Positions 37,175 through 47,145 of a stretch of 64,000 bases of DNA are shown here, one piece after another (the stretch's first letter is position 1; each line of letters starts with the position of its first letter). The DNA lies in contig CP011212.1 of the NCBI GenBank assembly GCA_001029715.1, positions 3,407 through 67,406 of the forward strand, given 5' to 3'. The position numbers were made by a program, and so were the translations under genes. Source of the DNA: a candidate division TM6 bacterium GW2011_GWF2_28_16. Lineage in GTDB: Bacteria > Patescibacteriota > Microgenomatia > UBA1400 > PJMF01. The notes beneath the pieces are model-generated. The model searched no databases. It was not told where the DNA came from and saw only the letters and a list, made by a program, of their open reading frames with translations.

Positions 37175-38080
37175 GTGAATAGAATGAAATCAATCACTCT
37201 GGCTTTGTTGTTAATTAGTTCTTTTTTTTCTATTAGTGTAAAGAGTGCTTTTGCTACAAAACCAGAACCCATCATTGAGACAATAGAGGTTTATCAAACA
37301 AGAACCATCGTTGATAGCGAAACAAAAGAAGAAAGAGAAGCACAGTGTAATTTCTTTAATGGTTGTGTAGAGGCTGGAGAAAACGTGACAATTCACCTCT
37401 CTGGAATCGCCTACAACAATGGACTTCCTCTTCCAGAGGGTTCCAAAGTAAAAGTTCGTTTAAAATCAGAAGGGTGTAATGACTGGCCTGTGGGTGGCGG
37501 TTTCCAAGAAGCCACCCTCTACGACAATTACGTTGAAATCACAGCTCCAGGCTTAAATATTAAAGGCACCTGCTCTTACCAGTTAATTGTCAAGTTGGAA
37601 GCAGGAGAATCAGGACTAACTGGAGACGATAAACCAGAAACAAATAAAACCTATTTGGCAACTTCAACTATTGTTCAAGCTCAATGTTCATCAGAACAAT
37701 GTAATGAGGATCTTACTAGGTCTTCAAGATATGAACTATGTTCACAAATTGATGAAAGCGCTCCAGAATATCAGTCTTGTGCTGATTGTTTTAGTAATGA
37801 TGGGATTTGGACAGCTGTTGGCTGCATACCCAGCAACCCGAATGATGTAATTAAAGTAATTATTACTATTGGCTTGGCACTCGGAGGAGGAGTAGTTTTG
37901 GTAATGATTTTGGCTGGTTCTTTTATGCTTTCCGTCTCTCAAGGAGATCCAAATAAAACCAAAGAGGCCAAAGAAATTATCACCTCTGCCATAATCGGCT
38001 TATTATTTGTGATATTTTCCGTAACTATACTGCAGTTTATTGGTGTAGAAATTTTGCACATACCTGGATTTGGAGAATAA
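37175..38080 (+). CDS. Cys-rich secreted protein with a C-terminal two-helix membrane hairpin (VirB2/TrbC pilin-like topology)
   Basis: Signal peptide (ITLALLLISSFFSISVKSAFA); about 20 Cys in the ectodomain. The C-terminus has hydrophobic helix IGLALGGGVVLVMILAGSFMLSV, polar loop SQGDPNKTKEAKEI, then helix ITSAIIGLLFVIFSVTILQF. This module is shared with the next gene. Confidence 0.6.
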   Translation: MNRMKSITLALLLISSFFSISVKSAFATKPEPIIETIEVYQTRTIVDSETKEEREAQCNFFNGCVEAGENVTIHLSGIAYNNGLPLPEGSKVKVRLKSEGCNDWPVGGGFQEATLYDNYVEITAPGLNIKGTCSYQLIVKLEAGESGLTGDDKPETNKTYLATSTIVQAQCSSEQCNEDLTRSSRYELCSQIDESAPEYQSCADCFSNDGIWTAVGCIPSNPNDVIKVIITIGLALGGGVVLVMILAGSFMLSVSQGDPNKTKEAKEIITSAIIGLLFVIFSVTILQFIGVEILHIPGFGE

Positions 38081-38082
38081 AA

Positions 38083-39156
38083 ATGAAAAAAATTATTCAA
38101 ATTTCACTATTCCAACTTTTATTTGCTTTTCTTTTTACCGGGATTGGATTGGCATATAGGTGTGGTGAAAATTTTAAGGTTTATTATGGAGACGATGTCA
38201 GTACTATGTGCGAATGCGCAGCTGTAAACAACGAAGCTGCCTTCGTAAGCTTTACTAGTGGTGCCCCATCTACATACTGTTGTGGTTTTTATTATGGCGG
38301 TGAATGTCACATTGAAGAACAAAGTGATGAAGAAGAAACAAATACCTATGGGTGTGGAGAGGGCTTTATAGTTCTAAAAGATCAAGATATTTCTGGAATG
38401 TGCCAGTGTTCAATTGTAAATAATCAAGCAGAACTAATGAACTTTGATCAAGGAACGCAAACATACTGTTGCGGAAACGTTCAGGGAACACAATGCAGAA
38501 CTTACGAAGATCCCAATGACTATGCATGTGGAGAAACGAATAGTAGCGCCACCGTGCCAGATGGAGCAATTTGTAAATGTGATGGGGCAACTTGGGAATC
38601 ACGTAAAGACGGTTTCCTTAATTGGAGTAAGGGCATTTGTTGTGGTTGGGTTGTAGACAATGTATGTCTCAGCGAAGATCCTGCCGCAACGAATGCTTAT
38701 TGTGGGGATATTTATCCAGCTGGTGAAAAAAGTTGTATCTGTGGAGGTAGTGGTGGTCCAGTTCCCATGGAAGATGGCAATACTTGCTGCGGCTGGCTAG
38801 AAGAAGGAGTGTGCAAAAGCACCGATGTCGGCATTAGCGATCTTGAAGTCTCTGGTGATTTACTAGATAGTCTCAATCCTCTTTCTTCAGGAGATAATAA
38901 AGATGAACTTAGCACTCCAGGAGGAATTATTTCAAGAGCATTAAGCAATTTTATCTTCCCAATCGCAGGAATTATTCTTTTTGCAGTTTTACTACTCGGA
39001 GGATTCCAAATGCTTTCTGGAGCAACTAATTCAAAATCCTTGGAGGAAGGTAAGCAAAGAATTACTTCTGCAATCATTGGATTTATTATTCTCTTTGCAG
39101 CCTACTGGATTGCGCAATTGCTAGAATTAATCTTTGGTATTCGCATTCTTTCCTAG
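38083..39156 (+). CDS. Cys-rich secreted repeat protein, paralog of the upstream gene, with the same C-terminal two-helix hairpin module
   Basis: Internal ~60-aa repeats (CGEnF.V...D.S.MC.C..VNN.A....F..G....YCCG). The C-terminus (FPIAGIILFAVLLLGGFQMLSGATNSKSLEEGKQRITSAIIGFIILFAAYWIAQLL) aligns with the C-terminus of the 37175 gene, including the shared ITSAIIG core. Confidence 0.6.
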   Translation: MKKIIQISLFQLLFAFLFTGIGLAYRCGENFKVYYGDDVSTMCECAAVNNEAAFVSFTSGAPSTYCCGFYYGGECHIEEQSDEEETNTYGCGEGFIVLKDQDISGMCQCSIVNNQAELMNFDQGTQTYCCGNVQGTQCRTYEDPNDYACGETNSSATVPDGAICKCDGATWESRKDGFLNWSKGICCGWVVDNVCLSEDPAATNAYCGDIYPAGEKSCICGGSGGPVPMEDGNTCCGWLEEGVCKSTDVGISDLEVSGDLLDSLNPLSSGDNKDELSTPGGIISRALSNFIFPIAGIILFAVLLLGGFQMLSGATNSKSLEEGKQRITSAIIGFIILFAAYWIAQLLELIFGIRILS

Positions 39157-39171
39157 AACTAGCATTCTTAG

Positions 39172-39177
39172 TATAAT
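39172..39177 (+). promoter_or_regulatory. TATAAT -10 hexamer 7 nt upstream of the GTG start (leaderless-type)
   Basis: gtataat caagctt GTG. Confidence 0.3.
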
Positions 39178-39184
39178 CAAGCTT

Positions 39185-41965
39185 GTGTTTAATAGATTTT
39201 TCAAAAAATCAGCGTTGTTTCTGCTCCTCTCGCCCATTTTATTTCTAAGCAATCCTAAGCAAATATTTGCTCAAGCTGCTGACGATGATCAGGCTCAAAT
39301 TGTCGATCAAAGTAAGCTTTATACAATCATGCCGATGTTTTTACCAAGTGCTCCGAGCTCTTTGAATTATAGTGATTTATTAACCACCATGACTAAGGAT
39401 CAGGGATATGAAGCGCACTGTGCAGGCGCGCAGTGGGTAATTAGTGAGAAACAATATGGCAATGCAGCTAAATTTTTTAGCCAGTTGCCAAGAGAAAACT
39501 TCTCTACGCTTGCGACACAAGTCTTTGGCAGTTCTGATCCTTATATTGTAGATTTCACCAAAGCTCGCATTCCAGTAATCCGAGGCATGGAATCGAAGTC
39601 AGACACCATGAAGAATAGTTCTATTGAAGGAATGTTTGGAGCAAATTATCAAACCATAAAAGACATCTACATGCTTAATTCAGCTGGTGTTAGCGAGAGA
39701 CTTCTAACTTCATATCAGCAGTGTTTAGCAAAAAGTCAAAACCTAGTCAGTATTAATAAAATTTGTGCTGAAATCAAAGGCGAGCCCTGCTCTCTTAATA
39801 AAGAGTATTCCATCGAGGTAAATGAGAATCCTGTTACTTTCAAAGTGCTAGAAATTCTAGAATGGTTCTCTCAAATTCGTCCAAGTCTGAGTGGTGATGA
39901 ACTTTATCAGCAAGTTTGTGCAGACATTACAGGGGGTGGTTCCACCGACGCAGCTGAGTTTAATGAAGCCCATACTGATCTCCCCGACGTTAGTCAAGAA
40001 TTTTTAGACAAAACCAAAGCAGCTGTCGGTGTCATCTCTATTGATATGGACACTCTCTATCGTTTAGCTTTTTTGGTTTTGGTTCCCACTCAAAACATCA
40101 GTGGAGATGCAGACAAATTTCACTTCCTGCAATCCAGCCCAAGAATTAACGCAGAAGTTCAAGCTCCAATTTTCATTGCTTTCAAAATTCCTGAATTTGG
40201 CACTAATAAATCTAAATTCGTTAATAATATCGATAGTTTAGAGCTAACAAAAATGGCTATTCAGGCTGCTGCACAGAACAAAGCAGATCTAGACGAGCAG
40301 AACACTAATCGTGATAAAAATTATGAAGCAGCTAAAAACGCTCCCTACATTCAAGACCCCGTCATTAAATGTCCTGAGGGTTTTCCTCAGTGCACAAGAA
40401 GTTCAGACAATGCTCTTCTTAATGTCTTAGTTGATATGATTAACGGCGCAGCACCAAATTGTAAAGATGTTACTCTGAGAGTAGTTGAAGAAACGACTAT
40501 CGAAGAAATTTTTAATCAAGAAGACCAAAATTGGGAAAAGGCTGGCGATCTTTTTACTCCCGCCAATAAAGATATAAAAGAGAATTTATATAAAAGTAAT
40601 ACCAATGAAGAAACCATTAAAAAACTTGGTATCGACAGCTCTAATATATTTAATTGGCAATTAACCGTCGACGAAAAAAAGGAAAGCTATGGCACCCCAG
40701 TTGTTGTTAATGCCTATCTCGTTCTTCCAGTTGGAGAAACCATAAAAGACGTCAATAAATCTCTGTCAATTTTTTGGAATGAAGAAGACTTTTTTAATCT
40801 GGTTAAAACTAATGTCATTGAAGATATGAAAAACGCTGATGGCACAAATAAAATGGGCTCAATTCCAAAATATTACACGATTAAAGGAGCTGATGTTGGT
40901 ATAGCTTCCTCAGATGTCAAAAGCTACATTGATACTTGCGAAGAAACTCTTGTTTTTGGCGAAGATGGCCTCTATCGCACAGAATATACTTGTACTAGCT
41001 ATAATTATGGTTTTGGACTGGATGAAGAAAAAGACGCTCCACTCTATCCAGATTTTGGCCTTGGATTTATGTTAAGAAAAATCCAACAAACCCTGCGTGC
41101 TACCTTTGATCAAACCTATGATTACATTGCTTCCTGCCAAAGAGTTGAAGACATGTTCCTTGGTCGCTGTAGTGGCGATCCGAGTGGGAAAACTCAATCC
41201 GTATGTACCGGCGAATCATTTAAAAATATTAAGAACATGCCTAGTTATGAAGGCATTCCTCAATTTGCCAAAGATGTTTATGCAACCGGCATCGCTCCAA
41301 AAATTACTTCCGAATTAATTGAGGCCTATGAATATGCTGAAGAACAAACTGGTATTCCATGCGAAGTTGTAGCTGGCATTCATTTTACAGAAGGAGGACT
41401 CAGTCCAACTAATTCTGTCTTTGATGGAGGTACCCTACACGGCTCACTAAAAGATGATGCCAAAGGTGCTATGGAGCATTTGATCAGTAAATGGCCAGGA
41501 CAATTCGATAAAAATAACATTGAATATGAGGATTTAGTCACAGCCATCGGTGGCTTTAATGGTACTGGCAATCAAAATTGTGGCAAAGAAACTCGTTGGC
41601 TGAATGGTGGCAAATGCCCTTCAGAGTTTGCTTCTGAAGATCATCCCCATCCACTTGCTTACATTGATGAAAGACATAGCGATATGGACTTAATCTTTTG
41701 CTTAGACTTCACTGAGTTTAATTGCAGTGTTAGTCCAACTGCGGCGACCTTGGCTACATTGCGCAGCCAACTTGATGAAAAACAAGTTAATTCAGGGTTT
41801 TCAGATGAAACAAAAGAAAATTTAATTAGCGACGCTGCAAATTATTGCTTCGCCAACTCCAGCGTGTGTCAAAGTCTAAGCGACGGTGGTAAATATCCAA
41901 AATATCAAAGGCCTGGCTCAGTTACCACGGCTATTTTACTGAATGAATCTGGGGTTGGACAATAG
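39185..41965 (+). CDS. Large secreted protein (about 925 aa), Cys-containing, with a possible lytic-transglycosylase-like C-terminal segment (candidate VirB1-like hydrolase)
   Basis: A GTG start gives a signal peptide (FNRFFKKSALFLLLSPILFLSNPKQIFAQA). The C-terminal GIPCEVVAGIHFTEGGLSP resembles SLT motif I (xAIaxxES). Otherwise no known domains. Confidence 0.45.
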   Translation: MFNRFFKKSALFLLLSPILFLSNPKQIFAQAADDDQAQIVDQSKLYTIMPMFLPSAPSSLNYSDLLTTMTKDQGYEAHCAGAQWVISEKQYGNAAKFFSQLPRENFSTLATQVFGSSDPYIVDFTKARIPVIRGMESKSDTMKNSSIEGMFGANYQTIKDIYMLNSAGVSERLLTSYQQCLAKSQNLVSINKICAEIKGEPCSLNKEYSIEVNENPVTFKVLEILEWFSQIRPSLSGDELYQQVCADITGGGSTDAAEFNEAHTDLPDVSQEFLDKTKAAVGVISIDMDTLYRLAFLVLVPTQNISGDADKFHFLQSSPRINAEVQAPIFIAFKIPEFGTNKSKFVNNIDSLELTKMAIQAAAQNKADLDEQNTNRDKNYEAAKNAPYIQDPVIKCPEGFPQCTRSSDNALLNVLVDMINGAAPNCKDVTLRVVEETTIEEIFNQEDQNWEKAGDLFTPANKDIKENLYKSNTNEETIKKLGIDSSNIFNWQLTVDEKKESYGTPVVVNAYLVLPVGETIKDVNKSLSIFWNEEDFFNLVKTNVIEDMKNADGTNKMGSIPKYYTIKGADVGIASSDVKSYIDTCEETLVFGEDGLYRTEYTCTSYNYGFGLDEEKDAPLYPDFGLGFMLRKIQQTLRATFDQTYDYIASCQRVEDMFLGRCSGDPSGKTQSVCTGESFKNIKNMPSYEGIPQFAKDVYATGIAPKITSELIEAYEYAEEQTGIPCEVVAGIHFTEGGLSPTNSVFDGGTLHGSLKDDAKGAMEHLISKWPGQFDKNNIEYEDLVTAIGGFNGTGNQNCGKETRWLNGGKCPSEFASEDHPHPLAYIDERHSDMDLIFCLDFTEFNCSVSPTAATLATLRSQLDEKQVNSGFSDETKENLISDAANYCFANSSVCQSLSDGGKYPKYQRPGSVTTAILLNESGVGQ

Positions 41966-42773
41966 TTTTCTTCTTTTTGTTGACAACTGTGGAAGAATTT
42001 TCTGGCTTTAATTTAAACAAACGCATTGCACCAAGTTGCAATAGTTCTGCCACTGCTAAAAAAGTATTAGAGCTGGTGTTCTGAGCCTGTAAACCAAGGT
42101 TTTTATCTTCAATGCCATAAAGTAGCAAGGTTGGCAAATTACTTTTAGCTAAAAGATCTTCATTGTTTTGATCCATATCTTTGAGCAAATAAAAAACTGC
42201 TTCACAGTAAGAATTGCTTGGAGAAATATCTAAGTTAAGCTTGCCAAAATCTGGAATAAAATTATTAATTGTTACCAAGTGATTATCAATGCCTTTATAA
42301 AGATTCTCGTAAGCAAAATAGAGTTGATTGAGTTTTTCCAAATCCTCCACTCCACATAAAATTAGCAAATCGGCTTGAGCGCCGGCATAAGAAAATTCAA
42401 GTGCTGAACTATCGAGTGGAGCGACACCTTTTTTTGGCTTGATAGTTAAATAAAAACGCTTGTCTTGCTCGCCAATGTAATAAGAAACTTTGTCGACCTG
42501 ATCTTCCTGATAAGGAAAACTAACCAAGAGATTTTCTTTACCTAATTCATGTTCAATTAACTTAACATCAATAAAATCATTTAGTTCGGTAGGAATTTTT
42601 TGTTTGAGTTTTGGAGTTAGTAGTCGCGCCTCCTGTTTAGCACTTAGAAATGAATATAGACAATAAGTTGCTAAAAATAAATCTAGATTTTCTTCTTCTG
42701 GAAAAATAATTAGAGCATTTTTGCTTATTTCTAAAATGTCCTTGAATTTATTAGTTTGAGCTTGATCGATCAT
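41931..42773 (-). CDS. Hypothetical cytoplasmic protein
   Basis: ORF only; no confident motif. No DHH motif was found. Confidence 0.4.
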   Translation of the reverse strand: MIDQAQTNKFKDILEISKNALIIFPEEENLDLFLATYCLYSFLSAKQEARLLTPKLKQKIPTELNDFIDVKLIEHELGKENLLVSFPYQEDQVDKVSYYIGEQDKRFYLTIKPKKGVAPLDSSALEFSYAGAQADLLILCGVEDLEKLNQLYFAYENLYKGIDNHLVTINNFIPDFGKLNLDISPSNSYCEAVFYLLKDMDQNNEDLLAKSNLPTLLLYGIEDKNLGLQAQNTSSNTFLAVAELLQLGAMRLFKLKPENSSTVVNKKKKTIVQPQIHSVK

Positions 42774-42860
42774 CTATGATTGTTTTAAATGTTTTCCCGA
42801 AGAATGTCAAGAATTATCTTTTGCAGTTTTGCTCTGTTTCATCTAGAATATACTTGTTTT

Positions 42861-44537
42861 ATGTTACGTAAAAAAGCTTCTCACCTGCTTTTGGTTTTGT
42901 TTTTGGTTTTTTCGTGCTTTTTGATGTCTGCTAAACCTGCAAAGGCTAGTACTATTTCTGACTGGCTTTCTTCAGTCTTTCATATTAAAGAAGCTACAAC
43001 CAGCTATTCCAACGCTCTTCTTGAGGAAGGAGTGGCTCAAGAAAAAAATGTTTCCTCGACTTGGGCTAATAGTTTTAACTACATAAATGGCAACGTTTAT
43101 GGTGGTGAAACAATGGCCAAAATTAGTGGCATAACTGGCGCAGACAAAATTGCTCTTGAAGAAAGCTTGGGAGATGGCATGCTGGGAGACGTAAACAAAG
43201 GTATCGTTGCTCTCTACACTCCTCCAGCTAGCACCAGAACCTACGTTGCTGATGTGATGAAATCAGCCAAAATTATTCCAGAAGCTCAAGCTCAAGGCCT
43301 TGGCTTTGCTGCTCTTGATCCAATTTTAGAAACCTGGAAATCTTTTCGTAATCTAGCTTATCTTTTCTTTGTACTTATTTTTCTCATCATTGGTTTTATG
43401 ATCATGTTCAGAACCAAAGTTGGACAAGCCGCCATTACCGCCCAGCAGGCCATTCCCAGCGTCATCATTGCCATGCTGGCTGTTACTTTTTCTTATGCCA
43501 TCGCAGGATTTATGATCGATATTATGTATGTAGTGATGTACATGCTAGCTGGCTTTTTTACCGAGGGTTCAGACATTGTGACGAGAAATATATTTGGCCT
43601 AGTGGGCTTAATGTTCAAAGGAACCACCGGTTCCACTCAGAATGCCATTGAACAATTCATGGAAGATGCTTTAAACATTGGTTTAGTTGGTGAAGCTATT
43701 GCCTGGATGTCCAGTTTACTCGGCACAGTAATTGTCGGTATTGCTATTCTTTTCGCTACTTTCAAAGTCTTTTTTGAATTAGTCAAAACCTATGTAGCCG
43801 TACTTATTCAAATTATTTTTTCGCCAATTATCTTAATGCTTGGTGCTTTTCCAGGTAAAAATGTCTTTGGCAAATGGCTCAAAGACCTCGCCGGCAACCT
43901 AATTCTTTGGCCCGTAGTTCTACTCTGTATTTTAGTGCAACGCATGCTAACCGCCCCGATTCGCAATCTTCAAGGCACGGGAGAAACTCTCGATGCAAAT
44001 TTCGGTGGTGGCTTCATGCCTCCATTCTTAGTCGGGCAGGGACAAGCTTCTATCATTCCAGTCATTCTTGGTATTGGCATACTCCTCGTCATTCCAGAAA
44101 TCATGCAAGAAGTTAAAAAAGCCATGCACGTTGATAGCGGAATCTTTGGGCAGTTAGCTGGATCAATGGGCAAGGGCTTGCAAGGAGCATGGCAAGGCGG
44201 AGATGTTGGATTACCAGTTAAAATGCCTTTTGGTGTAAAAGACGCTGTTAGTGCTGGAGCCAGACTAAGCAGGTCCGGCATTGAACATCTTGGACAAAAA
44301 TTAATTGTCAATAATGGTGGAACAATTGTACCTCCAAATCCTGCTTCTGTTGATATTGTCAGTGAACAAGGGGCCTCTACAACTACTAATAAAAATCGTC
44401 AAAACGTTGATGTTAATAACGTTGTTAATAGGGTTAACACAGCATCTAGACCAATTAACCCAGTTACTCAAGCGACTGGACCTAGACCGAAACCCACACC
44501 GATTAAAAACATTGATGAACTGTCTGACATTATTTAA
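42861..44537 (+). CDS. VirB6/TrbL-like polytopic membrane protein (candidate T4SS channel component)
   Basis: Start at the internal Met gives a signal peptide (LLLVLFLVFSCFLMSAKPAKA). An extracytoplasmic domain of about 130 aa is followed by 5-6 TM helices and a hydrophilic Asn-rich C-terminal tail. The architecture matches Gram-positive VirB6-like proteins, but this is inference. Confidence 0.4.
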   Translation: MLRKKASHLLLVLFLVFSCFLMSAKPAKASTISDWLSSVFHIKEATTSYSNALLEEGVAQEKNVSSTWANSFNYINGNVYGGETMAKISGITGADKIALEESLGDGMLGDVNKGIVALYTPPASTRTYVADVMKSAKIIPEAQAQGLGFAALDPILETWKSFRNLAYLFFVLIFLIIGFMIMFRTKVGQAAITAQQAIPSVIIAMLAVTFSYAIAGFMIDIMYVVMYMLAGFFTEGSDIVTRNIFGLVGLMFKGTTGSTQNAIEQFMEDALNIGLVGEAIAWMSSLLGTVIVGIAILFATFKVFFELVKTYVAVLIQIIFSPIILMLGAFPGKNVFGKWLKDLAGNLILWPVVLLCILVQRMLTAPIRNLQGTGETLDANFGGGFMPPFLVGQGQASIIPVILGIGILLVIPEIMQEVKKAMHVDSGIFGQLAGSMGKGLQGAWQGGDVGLPVKMPFGVKDAVSAGARLSRSGIEHLGQKLIVNNGGTIVPPNPASVDIVSEQGASTTTNKNRQNVDVNNVVNRVNTASRPINPVTQATGPRPKPTPIKNIDELSDII

Positions 44538-44585
44538 ACTCGATTATTCAAAATTGAAAATTGTTTGCTAACTAAAGGAGTCTAT

Positions 44586-47081
44586 TTATTTCTTGTCTTT
44601 GACTGCTGATTTTGCCCCATAAAGAATAGGTTCTTCTGGGAAGATAGAAACTAATTTCAGGGCCTCATTCTTAGTCCAGATACCAGTACTAACCACTGGA
44701 TATGATTCTCCAAAGAACATTGGTCTTCTTTTCGAAAAAGCTGCTTTTAATGGATTTGCTTCCGTTAATTCATTGGCAAACTGACTGGATAGCAACTCTA
44801 CCAAAGCGGCTCTTTCTTGATAACTTAAATAATTCTTGTTAGTTTCTTCTTGTAAGTAATGCCTAATTGAGGCAATTACAAATTTCTCAGTAATTAACTT
44901 TCTTAGAAGAGTGTATTGATCTCCTGGTTCTTTATACAATCTTTCTGGATCTAATTGCATAAATTTAACTTCTTCTTTAGAAACCTCAAGTTCTTTTCTT
45001 AATTTATCATTATCTCCATTCCAATCTGGACTTAGAACAAAAGACTCTCTAAAATTCATGAGGATAAAAGTGCCAATCTCCTTATCACCTCTCTTCTTTA
45101 TAACCCTTATTTTCATGAATCTATTTGCTTCGTCCATTTTCTGTGCATCTGCGAGATTTTCAGATTCAACATCTGACTTGTCAAACTCATAGCGATTTCC
45201 ATCCTTATCTCTTAATACAGAATCACCCATCCAGTAATCAGCTCGTTTATAAATATTAGCTAAATTATTTTTTAACTCTTCAGCTGGAACCTTAGTCTTA
45301 AAATCTTCAAAAATACCTCTAGAAGAAACTTCTCTTAATAAGTTCTTCATTGGCAAAGAATCTGTTTTGATTAATTTCCATATATCATTTGCGTGCTCAA
45401 TCATTCCATCCCAATAACCACCAATGTTTGCGGGAATATTTTCATTAATTAAATCAGGCAATGGTTTTAAATAAACCTTATTTAATTGCGGAAATTTATC
45501 CAAAAGCATTCTTTGTCTCTCATCCCAACCGTTTTCTTCTTTTCTCTCTATGTCTCCATCTGCGTGAGTAAGATTGTTTTTGTCTTTTTCAACGGTTAAA
45601 CACTGATGCATTAACAACTCCAAGAGAGTAACAAATTCTTCTTTAACTACAATGTTCCCCACTTCATCTTTAGTAGCATATTTAGCTCTCAAAACATGAG
45701 ATATTAAACCATTATTAAGCAATCTACCAAAGTTGGCAATAAATACCCTGTCATATACGCTCAATTTACCAGACTGCTCTTCTTCTGTTAGATATTTTCT
45801 TTCTGATGCTCCAAATCTAAACAATTTCGTTGGAATAAGAGAATCATATCTTAGAATAGCCAAGTCACTAATTGGCCAAGGAACTAAAGTCGCTAAAAAT
45901 TTTACAGAATAGTTAACAACTAAAAATGCCAATATTTCTGCTTTTTCTTTCTTACGATTTTCTTCTACTTGATCACCACCATCTATTGCGCGCAATTCAG
46001 GACTAATTCTTTGAATTAAATTAGCAAAATCCTTTCCCATTTCTTTTGATATTTCACCTCTTCTAGCATTGTGTGCAAACATATTATGATCTGGATCAGA
46101 AAGTTCTGGATCAGCCACTCTCCTTAAGAGATATCTGACTGCTGTTTGAGCTAATTCACCAAAAGACAAATTTGCACCAATCGTGGTAAATTTTTCTTCC
46201 TGACCATTCAACTCTATTTTTGATCTAAAAAAATGACCCCATCTAAATGGCTGTGGAACATCTTCCTTAAGATAACTAAAAAATTTATCTGGATCGCCCT
46301 GAGTTCTCTTATCCTCTATTGACTCGGCGCCTTTTTCAATAGCATTTAAAGCATTAAAAAACCACTCAACCTCATCTCTTATTTCTCTAGAGGGAAATGC
46401 CGGTAGAATATCTTCGTGCAATGAAAATTTTTGTTGTTCTCCCTCTATGACATATTTCTTAGTAACCGCTTCTTGCCAAATTGCCTGCATTGGATATTCT
46501 TTATGAGCCTCGCTTTTTAAATCTCTGGCAACATAAGACATGATTGCTTTAACATAATCATATGGTTGCCAATCAGCAACCTGATCTTTTTCCCATAAAT
46601 TTCCCCTAACAACATCCAATTGAAAAAACTTAACAACAAAACCAGGAACTTCATTATTCTCTTGTTCTGGATTGCCTCCAGGATTATCAATTCCTCCACC
46701 ATTTCCGCCGTTTCCACCAGCAACCTCATCTAATATATTTCCCGGTGCTTCGGTAGAATCCTCATTATCATCAGTATCTTCATCATCAACTACTTCTCCA
46801 GAAACAGGAACAAATCCAAGCATACCAAAAAACCTTCTTTGATCTTCTTTAGGAATTTCCCCATCATGGTTCTTAGCTCTAATTAAAAAACTAAATAAAT
46901 CTGTAACATCCCTACTTTCTTCTGGGCTGAGTTTTTCATCTAGAACACGCTTAACAACAGAAATAACATCATCTATGCTATATTTTCCATCCAAATATGA
47001 CTCGAGTACTTCGCTAAGCTTAGCTAGAAGCGCCTCCTTTGCATTTTCATGTTTTTCTGCAAAACGATTTATTTCAGTCAT
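44586..47081 (-). CDS. Large hypothetical soluble protein (831 aa) with an acidic/Gly-Asn-rich linker
   Basis: Long ORF without TM or recognisable motifs. It is embedded antisense in the T4SS-like cluster. Confidence 0.5.
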   Translation of the reverse strand: MTEINRFAEKHENAKEALLAKLSEVLESYLDGKYSIDDVISVVKRVLDEKLSPEESRDVTDLFSFLIRAKNHDGEIPKEDQRRFFGMLGFVPVSGEVVDDEDTDDNEDSTEAPGNILDEVAGGNGGNGGGIDNPGGNPEQENNEVPGFVVKFFQLDVVRGNLWEKDQVADWQPYDYVKAIMSYVARDLKSEAHKEYPMQAIWQEAVTKKYVIEGEQQKFSLHEDILPAFPSREIRDEVEWFFNALNAIEKGAESIEDKRTQGDPDKFFSYLKEDVPQPFRWGHFFRSKIELNGQEEKFTTIGANLSFGELAQTAVRYLLRRVADPELSDPDHNMFAHNARRGEISKEMGKDFANLIQRISPELRAIDGGDQVEENRKKEKAEILAFLVVNYSVKFLATLVPWPISDLAILRYDSLIPTKLFRFGASERKYLTEEEQSGKLSVYDRVFIANFGRLLNNGLISHVLRAKYATKDEVGNIVVKEEFVTLLELLMHQCLTVEKDKNNLTHADGDIERKEENGWDERQRMLLDKFPQLNKVYLKPLPDLINENIPANIGGYWDGMIEHANDIWKLIKTDSLPMKNLLREVSSRGIFEDFKTKVPAEELKNNLANIYKRADYWMGDSVLRDKDGNRYEFDKSDVESENLADAQKMDEANRFMKIRVIKKRGDKEIGTFILMNFRESFVLSPDWNGDNDKLRKELEVSKEEVKFMQLDPERLYKEPGDQYTLLRKLITEKFVIASIRHYLQEETNKNYLSYQERAALVELLSSQFANELTEANPLKAAFSKRRPMFFGESYPVVSTGIWTKNEALKLVSIFPEEPILYGAKSAVKDKK

Positions 47082-47145
47082 ACCTGCTCATTATATTTTT
47101 TTTTAGCAACATTTTCAACCTGAGAGTAAGGCTAAATGTGTTTAA

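Noticed and set aside
41931-42773. DHH-family phosphoesterase (NrnA-like) assignment for the 280-aa minus-strand protein
   Set aside because: No DHH or GGGH motifs are present, so it is left as hypothetical.
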